This document shows positions 53,140-62,554 of a DNA stretch of 64,000 bases, in pieces. Origin of the DNA: Alphaproteobacteria bacterium (GTDB lineage Bacteria > Pseudomonadota > Alphaproteobacteria > UBA828); the NCBI GenBank assembly GCA_963422645.2, contig CAXXVO010000005.1:32001-96000 (forward strand), in the 5' to 3' direction. How positions within the stretch are numbered: the first letter of the stretch is position 1; each line of letters begins with the position of its first letter. A model generated the notes under the pieces. That model did no database searches. It was not told the DNA's origin and worked only from the letters and a program-made list of their open reading frames with translations. Both the position numbers and the translations under genes were made by a program.

Positions 53140-53946
53140 TCACGCGTCGATTCGACCGAGCGCCCTGCCTTCGGAATCGAAACAAGCGGCGGTCAAGGTA
53201 CCGCCGTACCCTGCGCCGCCATCCACCGTCGCCACATAGTCGTCGAGGCTGACGCCGCCCTGCGACGGGTCGAAGCCCCGAATGATCTTCTTGTACTCGG
53301 CATAGGGCGGCGTGAGCTGCACGAGCTGATCGGCGCCCCACCAGAAGGCGTCCCTCTGGGTGTCGATCGGACGCGCCGGATCGAGCCCCGAATTCACGAA
53401 GAGCAGCGCCCCGTCGTCGGTGAAGGCCGCCTGCCGCACGCTGGCAAGCAACTCCTGATGCCCCGGATAGAGCTCCATCCTCCCGCGCACCTCGCTAAGC
53501 CAGCGCGCAATCTCCTGAGACCCGTTCGTGACCCGCTCCTGCGCCTGGGCGGCCCCCCAGCCGTAGGCCGCGAGAGTCTCCCGCACGCCCCGATCCATCA
53601 TCCAGGCCAACACGTCCGCCGGCCCGACCGAGAGATGGAGGCGGAACAGTTTTTGCCACATTTCCTCCTGGCTGCCGCGCAGATAGGCCACGTCGCAGAC
53701 ATTCATGTGCGGCACCGCGAGCAACGCGCTGCGGAAGGCCACCATCTCGTCGATGGTGGCGGCAACCTCGCGGCCGCGACCGAGAAAATTTCCGAGATAG
53801 ACGATGCGGTCGCCGGCCTCGAATCGCTCTTCGATCCCGGCGTGCAGCTCGGCAAGCCTCGACGCTTCGCCGTGGATAGAACCGACGGCCCAAATTCGTC
53901 CGCCGCTGCGGATCGTCACGAACCGTTCGTTGGTGGCGCAGCCCAC
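53140..53946 (-). CDS. Metallophosphoesterase-like protein with degenerate motifs
   Basis: GSIHG, YLGNFLG, LRGSQE, VDGGAGYGG; start approximate. Confidence 0.7.
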   Translation of the reverse strand: MGCATNERFVTIRSGGRIWAVGSIHGEASRLAELHAGIEERFEAGDRIVYLGNFLGRGREVAATIDEMVAFRSALLAVPHMNVCDVAYLRGSQEEMWQKLFRLHLSVGPADVLAWMMDRGVRETLAAYGWGAAQAQERVTNGSQEIARWLSEVRGRMELYPGHQELLASVRQAAFTDDGALLFVNSGLDPARPIDTQRDAFWWGADQLVQLTPPYAEYKKIIRGFDPSQGGVSLDDYVATVDGGAGYGGTLTAACFDSEGRALGRIDA

Positions 53947-53968
53947 GTGGTTGAGGGGAGGCCCGCTC

Positions 53969-54883
53969 CTACGCCGCGCGTAGGACGTCCTCGAGCTTGT
54001 TCGCGGCCTGCTCGGCATCGGTGTTGTCGACCGCCGCGAATTCTCGCGACAGGCGATCCAGCGCCGCCTCGTACATCTGGCGCTCGCTGTAGCTCTGGTC
54101 CGGCTGTCCGACGTTGCGGTGCAGGTCCCGCACGACCTCCGCGATCGCGACCGGATCGCCGGAGTTCAGCTTCGCCTCATATTCCTGAGCGCGCCGGCTC
54201 CACATGACGCGGCGCTGGCGCGCCCGCCCCCGCAGAGTGGTGATCGCGGCATCCATGGTCTCGCGCGAGCTCAGCCGGCGCATACCGGCCGACTCCACCT
54301 TTTGGGTCGGGACCATGAGGGTCATCTTGTCCTTCTCGAAGGCCACGACGAACATCTGCAGGGTCTGTTCCCCAACCGCCCGTTCGTCGATCCCGGTGAT
54401 CCGGCCGACCCCGTGGGCCGGATAGACCACGTGATCGCCCACTGCGAATCCGTTGATCTCGGTCGGGGCCTTCTTCTTTTGCCGCACTTCGGGGACCGCC
54501 TCTGATTTAGCCGCGGCGTTCGACCTGGTGGTCCGCTTGGCCTTGGCCTTGGCCCCACCACCGGCCTTGGTCTCTTTGGCGGCCTTGGTGTTCTTGGTAT
54601 TCTTGCCGGCTTTGGCGGCCTTGGCGCTCTTCGTGCGCCCGGCCGCACCTGCCGACTTCGCCGTGTCCCCCTCCTGAGCCTCCGGCTCCTTCGACTCCGG
54701 CCGCGACGCAGCACGCCGCGCACCGGAGGCCGCGCCGGTGATCTTCTTGCTCGCAGCCCGAGAGCGCGCCGATGCCTTTGATCGCGCTGCTGTGCTCGGG
54801 GAGGAGGAAGACCCTTTGCGGGCCTTGGCGGCGGTCTGTGCTTTAGTGGAAGTCTTCGATTTCGACGGCGCCTTGCTGCTCAC
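53969..54883 (-). CDS. carD: CarD-family RNA polymerase-binding factor with Lys/Ala-rich N-terminal extension
   Basis: FAVGDHVVYPAHGVG, WSRRAQEYEAKLNSGD, QSYSERQMYE; start uncertain. Confidence 0.88.
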   Translation of the reverse strand: MSSKAPSKSKTSTKAQTAAKARKGSSSSPSTAARSKASARSRAASKKITGAASGARRAASRPESKEPEAQEGDTAKSAGAAGRTKSAKAAKAGKNTKNTKAAKETKAGGGAKAKAKRTTRSNAAAKSEAVPEVRQKKKAPTEINGFAVGDHVVYPAHGVGRITGIDERAVGEQTLQMFVVAFEKDKMTLMVPTQKVESAGMRRLSSRETMDAAITTLRGRARQRRVMWSRRAQEYEAKLNSGDPVAIAEVVRDLHRNVGQPDQSYSERQMYEAALDRLSREFAAVDNTDAEQAANKLEDVLRAA

Positions 54884-55052
54884 TTTACCCTGAAGTCCTT
54901 GTCCGATTTGAATAGGGCCGCGCTCGAACGGCCCTACGCTGACGGCGGTCGCTCGGTGCTCCGCCGCTTGCAGCCGGGCGCCGATCGCCCCGCCGCAATG
55001 GGACATACCATACCAGAGTCGCGGTGAAATTTCCAGGGTTTGGCCCGCGCGC

Positions 55053-55397
55053 TTAATCCCCTTCGCCCGGCTTGTCCGAAAAATACTTCTCGAACTTGCC
55101 GGATTCGTCCTTGTAGTCGTCCGCGTCGCCGGGCGGGTCGCCCTTGCGCGTGATGTTGGGCCAGATCTCGGCGAACTTAGTGTTGATCTCTAACCACTTC
55201 CCCTCATCGTCGTCGCCGGCGGTATCGGGAATGATCGCTTCGACCGGACACTCCGGCTCGCACACGCCGCAATCGATGCACTCGTCCGGGTGGATTACGA
55301 GCATGTTCTCGCCTACATAGAAGCAATCCACCGGGCAGACTTCGATGCAGTCCATGTACTTGCACCGAATGCAGGCCTCGGTCACCAGATACGTCAT
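55053..55397 (-). CDS. fdxA: 7Fe ferredoxin
   Basis: [18 protein letters not shown]...[12 protein letters not shown]. Confidence 0.95.
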   Translation of the reverse strand: MTYLVTEACIRCKYMDCIEVCPVDCFYVGENMLVIHPDECIDCGVCEPECPVEAIIPDTAGDDDEGKWLEINTKFAEIWPNITRKGDPPGDADDYKDESGKFEKYFSDKPGEGD

Positions 55398-55445
55398 TCG
55401 CTTTGTGCTCCGTGCTTCGCTTGTGCGTGCGCTGCGGCCGGCTGC

Positions 55446-55925
55446 TCACGTGTCAGCCGCTCGCTCCGCTCCCTGTCCGACGCGGGCGAGGACACGTTTG
55501 CGCGCTTCCCCCCGTTCCCGGTCGGTGATGTGAAGCAAGCCGCCGACGCGGCGGATCAGATTGGCCTCGTATGCGTGAAGCCTGCCGTCAGCATAAACCA
55601 CCTCCCACAGCATCTCCATCACTGCGAGTCGGTCTGCATGGTCGTAGCGGTCGTTGATGGCCCGCGTGAAGCGGTGAAGGTCGGTCGCCTCGTGGTGGAT
55701 GGCCTCTGCCTCTTCGATCAGGGTGCCCGCCTCGGCTTCACTAAGCCCGAAGTGTGCGCCCAGGGACGCGCAAATTGCGTCACGCTCGTCGCCGTCGAAG
55801 TCCCCGTCCATGCACGCCGCCTCGACCAGCAGCGCCGCCGCCGCGAGTTTCGGGACGTCGGGCTGGGCCGGCTCGGCGCCGACCGCGCCGGCGCCGCTCA
55901 GAAGAGACTTAATCCTGTCGATCAC
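55446..55925 (-). CDS. TerB-family protein
   Basis: AAAALLVEAA..DG, LWEVVYADG..HAYE. Confidence 0.85.
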   Translation of the reverse strand: MIDRIKSLLSGAGAVGAEPAQPDVPKLAAAALLVEAACMDGDFDGDERDAICASLGAHFGLSEAEAGTLIEEAEAIHHEATDLHRFTRAINDRYDHADRLAVMEMLWEVVYADGRLHAYEANLIRRVGGLLHITDRERGEARKRVLARVGQGAERAADT

Positions 55926-55998
55926 GGGCGCTGCGTATCATAACGGCGGCGACCGATTCAAGGGGCACCCCGATGCGCCGGGCGTCGCGAATCGGGCC

Positions 55999-56283
55999 CT
56001 ACTCCTGCTCGATTTCCTCGTAGAGCTTCCGCGCCTCGGGCGCGGGCCCGCGCCGCTCCGCCACTGCCAGGATTCGCACGATTCTCACCATCCTGCCCTG
56101 CACGAAGGTCAGCACGTCGCCGGGGCCGACGGTCCGGTGAGCCTTGGTGTTGCGGCGGCCGTTGACCCGAATACGTCCCGCCTCGCAGGCCTTCTGCGCG
56201 AGCCCCCGGGTCTTGAAGAAGCGCGCATACCAGAGCCACTTGTCCAGCCGGCTCGCGGCGAGAGCAGGTGCGTCGCGCGTCAC
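55999..56283 (-). CDS. S4-domain RNA-binding protein (Hsp15-like)
   Basis: RLDKWLWYARFFKTR, RRGPAPEA..LY. Confidence 0.9.
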   Translation of the reverse strand: MTRDAPALAASRLDKWLWYARFFKTRGLAQKACEAGRIRVNGRRNTKAHRTVGPGDVLTFVQGRMVRIVRILAVAERRGPAPEARKLYEEIEQE

Positions 56284-58817
56284 GACGAGCGCGCGGCCTC
56301 GCTGGCAAGCACGCGGAGCTTCGCGAAGGGAGAATCGGGGTCCACCCCCCTCCCCCTGCGGCGCGTCTTCTCTGCCGGCCGACCCGGGCGCGTGCCGCTC
56401 CGCCCATAGCGCGGCTGTCCGTCGGTCCCCAGCCCCACCATGGCGTAGCCGAGGGCGGCGAGAATGTCGTCGAACTTGGCCCGCTTGCAGGCGGCGAGCT
56501 TGAGCATTCCGGTGTCGACGGCAAAGGGCTCCCTGCGGGCCGCTTTGCGCAGCCGCCCGGCGAGGCGCTCCGCGATGTCGGCACGGACCACCTGGGAGCC
56601 CAGGGGAACCAGGCCGAGCGCCGCGTAGCATGCGTCCGGCACGGCCGGGTCGCGGTCCATCGAGACCGCCGAGCCCGGCGTCGGCGGCGGCGTGCCGGCG
56701 CTGCTCCAGGCCCACCACAGCAGGCCGGCGCAGCGCGCACGCGCCGGTTTCAGCATGGCGGGCATGAACACGGTGAGCGCGCCAAGCCGCACGCCGGCCT
56801 CGGCGAGGGCGCGCCGCCCCGCATCGTCCAGCGCGGCGATCTGGGGGCTGAGCGAGCGCCGGGGCACGCAGCCGAGCGCCTCGCTCAACGCAAAGGCGAT
56901 GCCGCGGGCCGAACCCTCCAGCGCCGCCTCGCGCAGCGATACCAGGGGTCCCGCGTCGCGCTCGATGCGGCGATCGAGCCACGACTGGAGGCGCCGGCGC
57001 ACGCGCTCGCGCTGCGCGGCGCTCAGATGATCCTCGCCGATCAGCGCAATCTGCGGCCGGAGCGGCGCGTCGCCCTGCCCGAGGCGAGCGATGGTGGCGC
57101 CATCCCAAGCGATCTCGCCCCAACGGGGCGCATCGTCCCGCCCTGCTTCGAGCCCGAGCGTGAACGCATCGTCGCCATCCGCCACCGCGGCGGCGACCCG
57201 CCGCGCCACCTCGCGCTCGACCACGCGGTTGGCGGCCGCGAGAACCTCGCGGCTGCTCTCGGCCTCTACATCCGGCCGAAAGCGAAAGCCGTTGAAGGCG
57301 CCGGCCCGCTCGCCTTCCACCGTCACCGCGCCGCCCTCGCCGACGAGCGCGAAGAGCGCCTCGTCCGCTCGCCTGCCGAGACGGGGCCGCCTCGCCCTCC
57401 GATTGACGAAGAGCTGGGTCAACCGGGTATGGAGGGCATCGGAGAGCGCGTCCTCGAGTGCGCGCGTGCGCTCCTGCCAGCCGCGCGCGTCGTCCACCCA
57501 ATCGGATCGATGGGACACGTAGGTCCAGGTCCGCACATGGCTGATCCGGGCGGTCAGCGTGTCGATGTCGCCTTCGGTGGCCGCCAGCCGATCGATCGAA
57601 CGGCCGACCCAGTCCGGCGGCAGGCGCCCGCTCTCAGCCAGGGAGAGGTAGATTCGACGCACGAGGCCGACGTGATCCTCCGCCATGGTCTTGCGAAAAT
57701 CGGGGATCTGACAGGTCTCCCAGAGGAGCGCGATACGATCCGCGCCGGTCAGCGTTTCTGCGACCGCGGGATCGCGGGCCAACACGAGCAGCGTGCGATG
57801 GTCGTCCGCATCGTGGGTCCGCCGGAGGCCGGGCAGCGGCGGCGGTTCAGCCAACGATTCTGCCAGCGCAGGCAGCGACTCGAAGGAGAGCTCGGCGTTG
57901 CGCCAGTAGGCCTGTTGCACGGCCGGGAAGCGATGATTCTCGACCGCCTGTACGAGGGTCGGCTCGAAGGGTTCGACGCCCCCGGTCGTGCCGAAGCTGC
58001 CGTCCCTGAGGTGACGCCCGGCGCGGCCGGCGATTTGCGCGATCTCGGCTGACGTCAGCATCCGCGTCGTGCGGCCGTCGAACTTCTGATAGGCCGAGAA
58101 GGCGACGTGATCCAGGTCCAGGTTGAGCCCCATGCCGATGGCATCTGTCGCCACCAGATTGTCCACCTCGCCCGCCTGGTAGAGACCCACCTGCGCGTTG
58201 CGCGTGCGCGGGCTCAGCGCTCCCAGCACCACGGCGCATCCGCCCCGGAGCCCCCGGATGCGCTCGGCAAGCGCGTAGACCGATTCGGTCGAGAACGCGA
58301 TCACCGCATTGCGGGGCTTGAGCCGCGCGAGCTTGCAGTGCCCCTCGTGCGCGAGCGTGGAGAGCCGGGGGCGGCCCCTAAAGCGCGCTTCCGGGACGAG
58401 CGTGCGGATCAGCGGGCGCATGGTGTCCGCGCCGAGGAACATGGTCTCCGCCGTGCCGCGCGCGCGCAGGAGCCGGTCGGTGAAGACGTGGCCGCGCTCG
58501 CGGTCGCCCGCCAGTTGAACCTCGTCCACGCCGACGAACTCGACCTCCCTGTCCAGGGGCATCGATTCGACGGTGCAGACGAAGTAGCGGGGCTCCTCCG
58601 GGATTCGCCGCTCTTCGCCCGTCACCAGGGCGACCACGCCAGCTCCCTTCTCCTCGACCACCCGGTCATAGACCTCGCGCGCGAGAAGGCGGAGCGGGAA
58701 GCCCATCATCCCGGTGCGATGGGCCAACATGCGCTCGACCGCCAGGTGGGTCTTGCCCGTGTTGGTCGGGCCGAGCAGCGCGGTGACGGTGGCGTTCTCG
58801 GCGTCGTGCCGAACCAT
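56280..58817 (-). CDS. SUV3/MgpS-like SF2 helicase
   Basis: LGPTNTGKT, DEVQ, ATDAIGMGLN, QIAGRAGR. Confidence 0.9.
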   Translation of the reverse strand: MVRHDAENATVTALLGPTNTGKTHLAVERMLAHRTGMMGFPLRLLAREVYDRVVEEKGAGVVALVTGEERRIPEEPRYFVCTVESMPLDREVEFVGVDEVQLAGDRERGHVFTDRLLRARGTAETMFLGADTMRPLIRTLVPEARFRGRPRLSTLAHEGHCKLARLKPRNAVIAFSTESVYALAERIRGLRGGCAVVLGALSPRTRNAQVGLYQAGEVDNLVATDAIGMGLNLDLDHVAFSAYQKFDGRTTRMLTSAEIAQIAGRAGRHLRDGSFGTTGGVEPFEPTLVQAVENHRFPAVQQAYWRNAELSFESLPALAESLAEPPPLPGLRRTHDADDHRTLLVLARDPAVAETLTGADRIALLWETCQIPDFRKTMAEDHVGLVRRIYLSLAESGRLPPDWVGRSIDRLAATEGDIDTLTARISHVRTWTYVSHRSDWVDDARGWQERTRALEDALSDALHTRLTQLFVNRRARRPRLGRRADEALFALVGEGGAVTVEGERAGAFNGFRFRPDVEAESSREVLAAANRVVEREVARRVAAAVADGDDAFTLGLEAGRDDAPRWGEIAWDGATIARLGQGDAPLRPQIALIGEDHLSAAQRERVRRRLQSWLDRRIERDAGPLVSLREAALEGSARGIAFALSEALGCVPRRSLSPQIAALDDAGRRALAEAGVRLGALTVFMPAMLKPARARCAGLLWWAWSSAGTPPPTPGSAVSMDRDPAVPDACYAALGLVPLGSQVVRADIAERLAGRLRKAARREPFAVDTGMLKLAACKRAKFDDILAALGYAMVGLGTDGQPRYGRSGTRPGRPAEKTRRRGRGVDPDSPFAKLRVLASEAARSS

Positions 58818-58968
58818 GGCGGGAAGTTTGGCGGTCCCGGCCGATTTGGCAACCCCATGAACCTGCGCTATGGCGCTGCCTCTCCCCGATCGCGGCTATC
58901 TCAACTCCCGCTATCGGTTAGAATACTCACGCGTGGCTCATAGGGTCTATTCGCGGAAGGGGAATCCC

Positions 58969-59457
58969 ATGCATCGTCAAACAAAAATCGCGGCGTCCGC
59001 TTTGGCGGCGACGGCCCTTGGTCTCGCCGTTGCGGCATGCCAGCCGCACATGATGGCTGCCTCGGTGCAAGAGGATGCCGCGCCGGATTCCGCCACTCAC
59101 GAGGCTGCCGCGCCGGCCGGAGAATTGACCGTGGCAGAGGTTCAGGAACTTATCGTGGGCAGTACTGTTTTTGTCAGAAACGAAGCGAACAGGGTCAGTC
59201 GGGCCGAGTATTTCTCTCCCGATGGAACTGTACAGATGAAGGCAAAGCCGGACTTCATGGGCATGGCATTCAGTTTCAAGGGAACATATCATTTCGACGA
59301 TCAGGAAGGCCTCTGCTTCGATTATCCCACTCTGCCGATCAGTCCCAAAGAGTATTGCGAGCCACTTGTCCGGCAGGGTGATGGAGGATACGGACTCGGT
59401 GAGGGAGGTATCGTCGAGCGCATCCTCGATGGCGACCACCTCGAGGAGCTGAAGTAG
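58969..59457 (+). CDS. Hypothetical lipoprotein
   Basis: Signal peptide with lipobox VAAC; visibly lower GC than flanks. Confidence 0.6.
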   Translation: MHRQTKIAASALAATALGLAVAACQPHMMAASVQEDAAPDSATHEAAAPAGELTVAEVQELIVGSTVFVRNEANRVSRAEYFSPDGTVQMKAKPDFMGMAFSFKGTYHFDDQEGLCFDYPTLPISPKEYCEPLVRQGDGGYGLGEGGIVERILDGDHLEELK

Positions 59458-59611
59458 CCACTCTCGGCCCGACATTGCGGCCGATTGCAGGCAGCATCGG
59501 GGCGTGTTTGCCGTCGTAGCCCCCAACAAGCGCACACGGGCTTGAACCGCCTGCGGGTTCGTCACATATAGCGCTCCGAGTCGACGGTGTACGGGCGAGT
59601 CGGAGGGATCG

Positions 59612-61549
59612 ATGGCGAACACTAGCGGGGAGAGTCACGCGTTCCAGGCCGAGGTCAGCAAGCTGCTCGGCCTCATGGCCAACTCGCTCTATCGCGACAA
59701 GGAGATCTTCCTGCGCGAGTTGATCTCGAACGCGTCTGACGCGTGCGACAAGCTGCGCTACTCGGCAATCACCCAGCCCGATCTGCTGGGCGACGATGCC
59801 GCGCTCGCCGTGACCATTACGCCGGACAGCAAGAGCAGCGTCCTCGTCGTGTCCGACAACGGCATCGGCATGAACCGCCAGGAGCTGATCGACAACCTCG
59901 GCACCATCGCGCGCTCCGGCACCGAGGCCTTCGTCAAGCAGATGGCCGAGTCGCAGGCCGGCGACGGGCAGGACGAGCAGAGCGGACGGGACGGAGAAGA
60001 CGAACAGGAGGGCGCGACCGCCGGGCTTATCGGCCAGTTTGGCGTGGGCTTCTATTCGTCCTTCATGGTGGCGAAGCGCGTGGACGTCGTGACCCGCAGG
60101 GCGGACGAGGCCGAGGGCTGGCGCTGGCGCTCGGACGGAAGCGGATCGTTCACCATCGCGCCGGAGGCCGACGCCGCCCGCGGCACCAGGATCGAGCTCC
60201 ACTTGCGCAAGGACGACCGAGAGTTCCTGGAGCCGCTCCGCATCCGCACCGTCGTCAAGGCCTACTCCGACCATGTCGGCCTGCCGATCTGGCTCGAAAA
60301 CGAGGGCGGCCAGAAGGAAATGGTCAACGAGGGCTCGGCGTTCTGGAGCCGGCCCAAGAGCGAGATCGACGAGGACCAATACCGCGAGTTCTACCACCAC
60401 ATCGCCCACATGCCGGGCGACCCCTGGCACACCATCCACCTGCACGCCGAAGGGCGAATTGAGTACACGGCGCTGCTCTTCGTGCCGGACACCAAGCCCT
60501 TCGACCTCTTCGACCCGATCCGCAAGCACAGGGTCCGGCTCTACGTCAGACGGGTCTTCATCACCGACGAGTGCGAGGGGTTGATCCCGCCCTACCTCCG
60601 CTTCATGCGGGGCGTGGTGGATTCCAGCGACCTCGCGCTCAACGTCAGCCGCGAGACGCTGCAGAACGACCCGATCCTGGCGAAGATCAGGACCGGCCTG
60701 GTCAAGCGCGTCCTCTCCGAGCTTGAGAAGCGCGCCAAGAAGACCCCGGAGGACTACGCATCGTTCTGGGAGAATTTCGGCGCGGCCCTGAAGGAGGGGC
60801 TCTACGAGGATGCCGAGCAGAAGGACCGCCTGCTTCCCCTCGTCCGCTTCCGCTCCACGGGCGGCGGCGATTGCTGGCTCTCGCTCGACGACTACGTGGA
60901 CGCGATGCCGGAGCAGCAGGAAGCCATCTACTACATGAGCGGGGAGGATCCCGACGCGCTGCGTCGCAGCCCCCAGATCGAGGGCTTCCGCGCGCGCGGC
61001 ATCGACGTGCTGCTCATGGTCGACCCGGTCGATCAGTTCTGGCTGCCCGTAGTGGGCACATACCAGGAGAAGCCCTTCCGCTCGGTCACCCAGGGTGGGG
61101 CGGACCTGGACAAGTTCGCGGTGAGCGGCGAGGCCAAGCCGGATGAGGCCGACGCCACGCCGCCCGGCGAGTTGGACAAGCTGATCGCGCTCGTGAAGCT
61201 GACGCTGGCCGATGCCGTGAAGGACGTGCGGACCTCCGAGCGCCTGACCGACAGCCCGGTCTGCCTCGTCGCCGACGAGGGCGATCTCGACATGCATCTG
61301 GAGCGCTTGCTGCGCCAGCACAAGCACGAGCTGCCGGAGCAGAAGCGCGTGCTCGAGATCAACCCGTCACACGATCTGACCCGCGCGCTGGCGCGGATGG
61401 TCGGGCAGAAGGGGGCGAGCGAGGCGCTCGAGGACGCCGCGCACCTGCTGATGGATCAGGCGCTCATCCTCGAAGGCGAGCCGCTGCCCGACCCCTCGGC
61501 CTTCTCCAGGCGCCTGTCCGGTCTGGTGTCACGCGCGCTCACGGAGTGA
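59612..61549 (+). CDS. htpG: Hsp90 chaperone
   Basis: FLRELISNASDA, NLGTIARSGT, IGQFGVGFYS, LNVSRE, LEINP. Confidence 0.96.
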   Translation: MANTSGESHAFQAEVSKLLGLMANSLYRDKEIFLRELISNASDACDKLRYSAITQPDLLGDDAALAVTITPDSKSSVLVVSDNGIGMNRQELIDNLGTIARSGTEAFVKQMAESQAGDGQDEQSGRDGEDEQEGATAGLIGQFGVGFYSSFMVAKRVDVVTRRADEAEGWRWRSDGSGSFTIAPEADAARGTRIELHLRKDDREFLEPLRIRTVVKAYSDHVGLPIWLENEGGQKEMVNEGSAFWSRPKSEIDEDQYREFYHHIAHMPGDPWHTIHLHAEGRIEYTALLFVPDTKPFDLFDPIRKHRVRLYVRRVFITDECEGLIPPYLRFMRGVVDSSDLALNVSRETLQNDPILAKIRTGLVKRVLSELEKRAKKTPEDYASFWENFGAALKEGLYEDAEQKDRLLPLVRFRSTGGGDCWLSLDDYVDAMPEQQEAIYYMSGEDPDALRRSPQIEGFRARGIDVLLMVDPVDQFWLPVVGTYQEKPFRSVTQGGADLDKFAVSGEAKPDEADATPPGELDKLIALVKLTLADAVKDVRTSERLTDSPVCLVADEGDLDMHLERLLRQHKHELPEQKRVLEINPSHDLTRALARMVGQKGASEALEDAAHLLMDQALILEGEPLPDPSAFSRRLSGLVSRALTE

Positions 61550-61678
61550 GTATCGCGCGTGCTGAAAATGCGAGGGTCGCGCGCTCACGGAGTGAGTATC
61601 GCGCGCGCTGAAGATGCAGGGATCGCGCGCTAAGGGAGTGAACGCAGCGCGTGCTTGAGGTGTGAGAAGCGCGCGCTC
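61532..61678. repeat. Degenerate 46-bp tandem repeat (~3.2 units) overlapping the htpG stop
   Basis: CGCGCGCT starts at 61532, 61578, 61624, 61670. Confidence 0.85.
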
Positions 61679-61722
61679 GGATTAATCGGCCCGGCCCGGC
61701 GCCCGATGATCGGGCGTACCCG

Positions 61723-62478
61723 TCAGCTCTCGTCGAGCCAGACGATATCCGCGCCCAGGATGGGGCCCTTGCCGTGATTCCCCTGGACCAAGACGGCGCA
61801 GCCATCGCCGATGCCCTGGGCCGCGCTCGCCAGCTCATTCGGTCCGAGATTGAGGGTCATGGCGTTGCCGACCCATCTGCCGATGGAGCGGAAATCGCGC
61901 ACCACGTTGTAGTTGACCAGCGTCCTGCCCCGGTTCTCGCCGGCATCGACCGTGGTCGTGTGCTCGCGATCGACGGAGATCAGCCAGATCGTCGCGGCCC
62001 CGTGGTAACCGCTGGACTCGCCGATCCTGACAGTGAGACTGCCGGAGCCGCTCGTGGAGAGCGTCACCGGCACCCGCCTCGCCTTCGACGCCTTCGATAC
62101 GGCGATCGCCTTCTTCACGGCCCCCTTGTTGGACCCCACCACGTGGCGCTTGCCGTCGATTACCAGCTGCGGCGTGTAGATGTAGGCGATGCCCAGCGCG
62201 CGTCCGTAGTCCCGCTGCCGCGTCGTCGTCTCCGCCGTCGCAAAGCGGTCTTCCCAGCCGATGTAATTCCAGTAGTCGACGTGGAACGAGAGCGCGACCA
62301 CGTCGTCCCGCTTCGCCGCCAGCTCTCCGAGATACGCATCGGCCGACGGGCACGACGAGCACCCTTGGGAGGTGAAGAGCTCCAGGACCACCTTCGGGTC
62401 ATCCGCGCGCGCCGATAGCGGCAGGAAGGCGAGCGCCGCGGCGATGAGTAGAGCGCTGAATTTCATCATCTTGGTCAT
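61723..62478 (-). CDS. DUF1223 thioredoxin-like exported protein
   Basis: ELFTSQGCSSCP, HVDYWNYIGW, YTPQ, GENRG. Confidence 0.9.
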   Translation of the reverse strand: MTKMMKFSALLIAAALAFLPLSARADDPKVVLELFTSQGCSSCPSADAYLGELAAKRDDVVALSFHVDYWNYIGWEDRFATAETTTRQRDYGRALGIAYIYTPQLVIDGKRHVVGSNKGAVKKAIAVSKASKARRVPVTLSTSGSGSLTVRIGESSGYHGAATIWLISVDREHTTTVDAGENRGRTLVNYNVVRDFRSIGRWVGNAMTLNLGPNELASAAQGIGDGCAVLVQGNHGKGPILGADIVWLDES

Positions 62479-62554
62479 GGCGCAATTCTAACACGCGAGC
62501 CCCTGACGAAATCGCAAGCCCAATCACGTTTGGGTGAAGGTTGCGCTGCATCTC

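Noticed and set aside
61532-61678. Possible mini CRISPR array
   Set aside because: Intervening segments are similar to one another, the repeats are degenerate and there are no cas genes.
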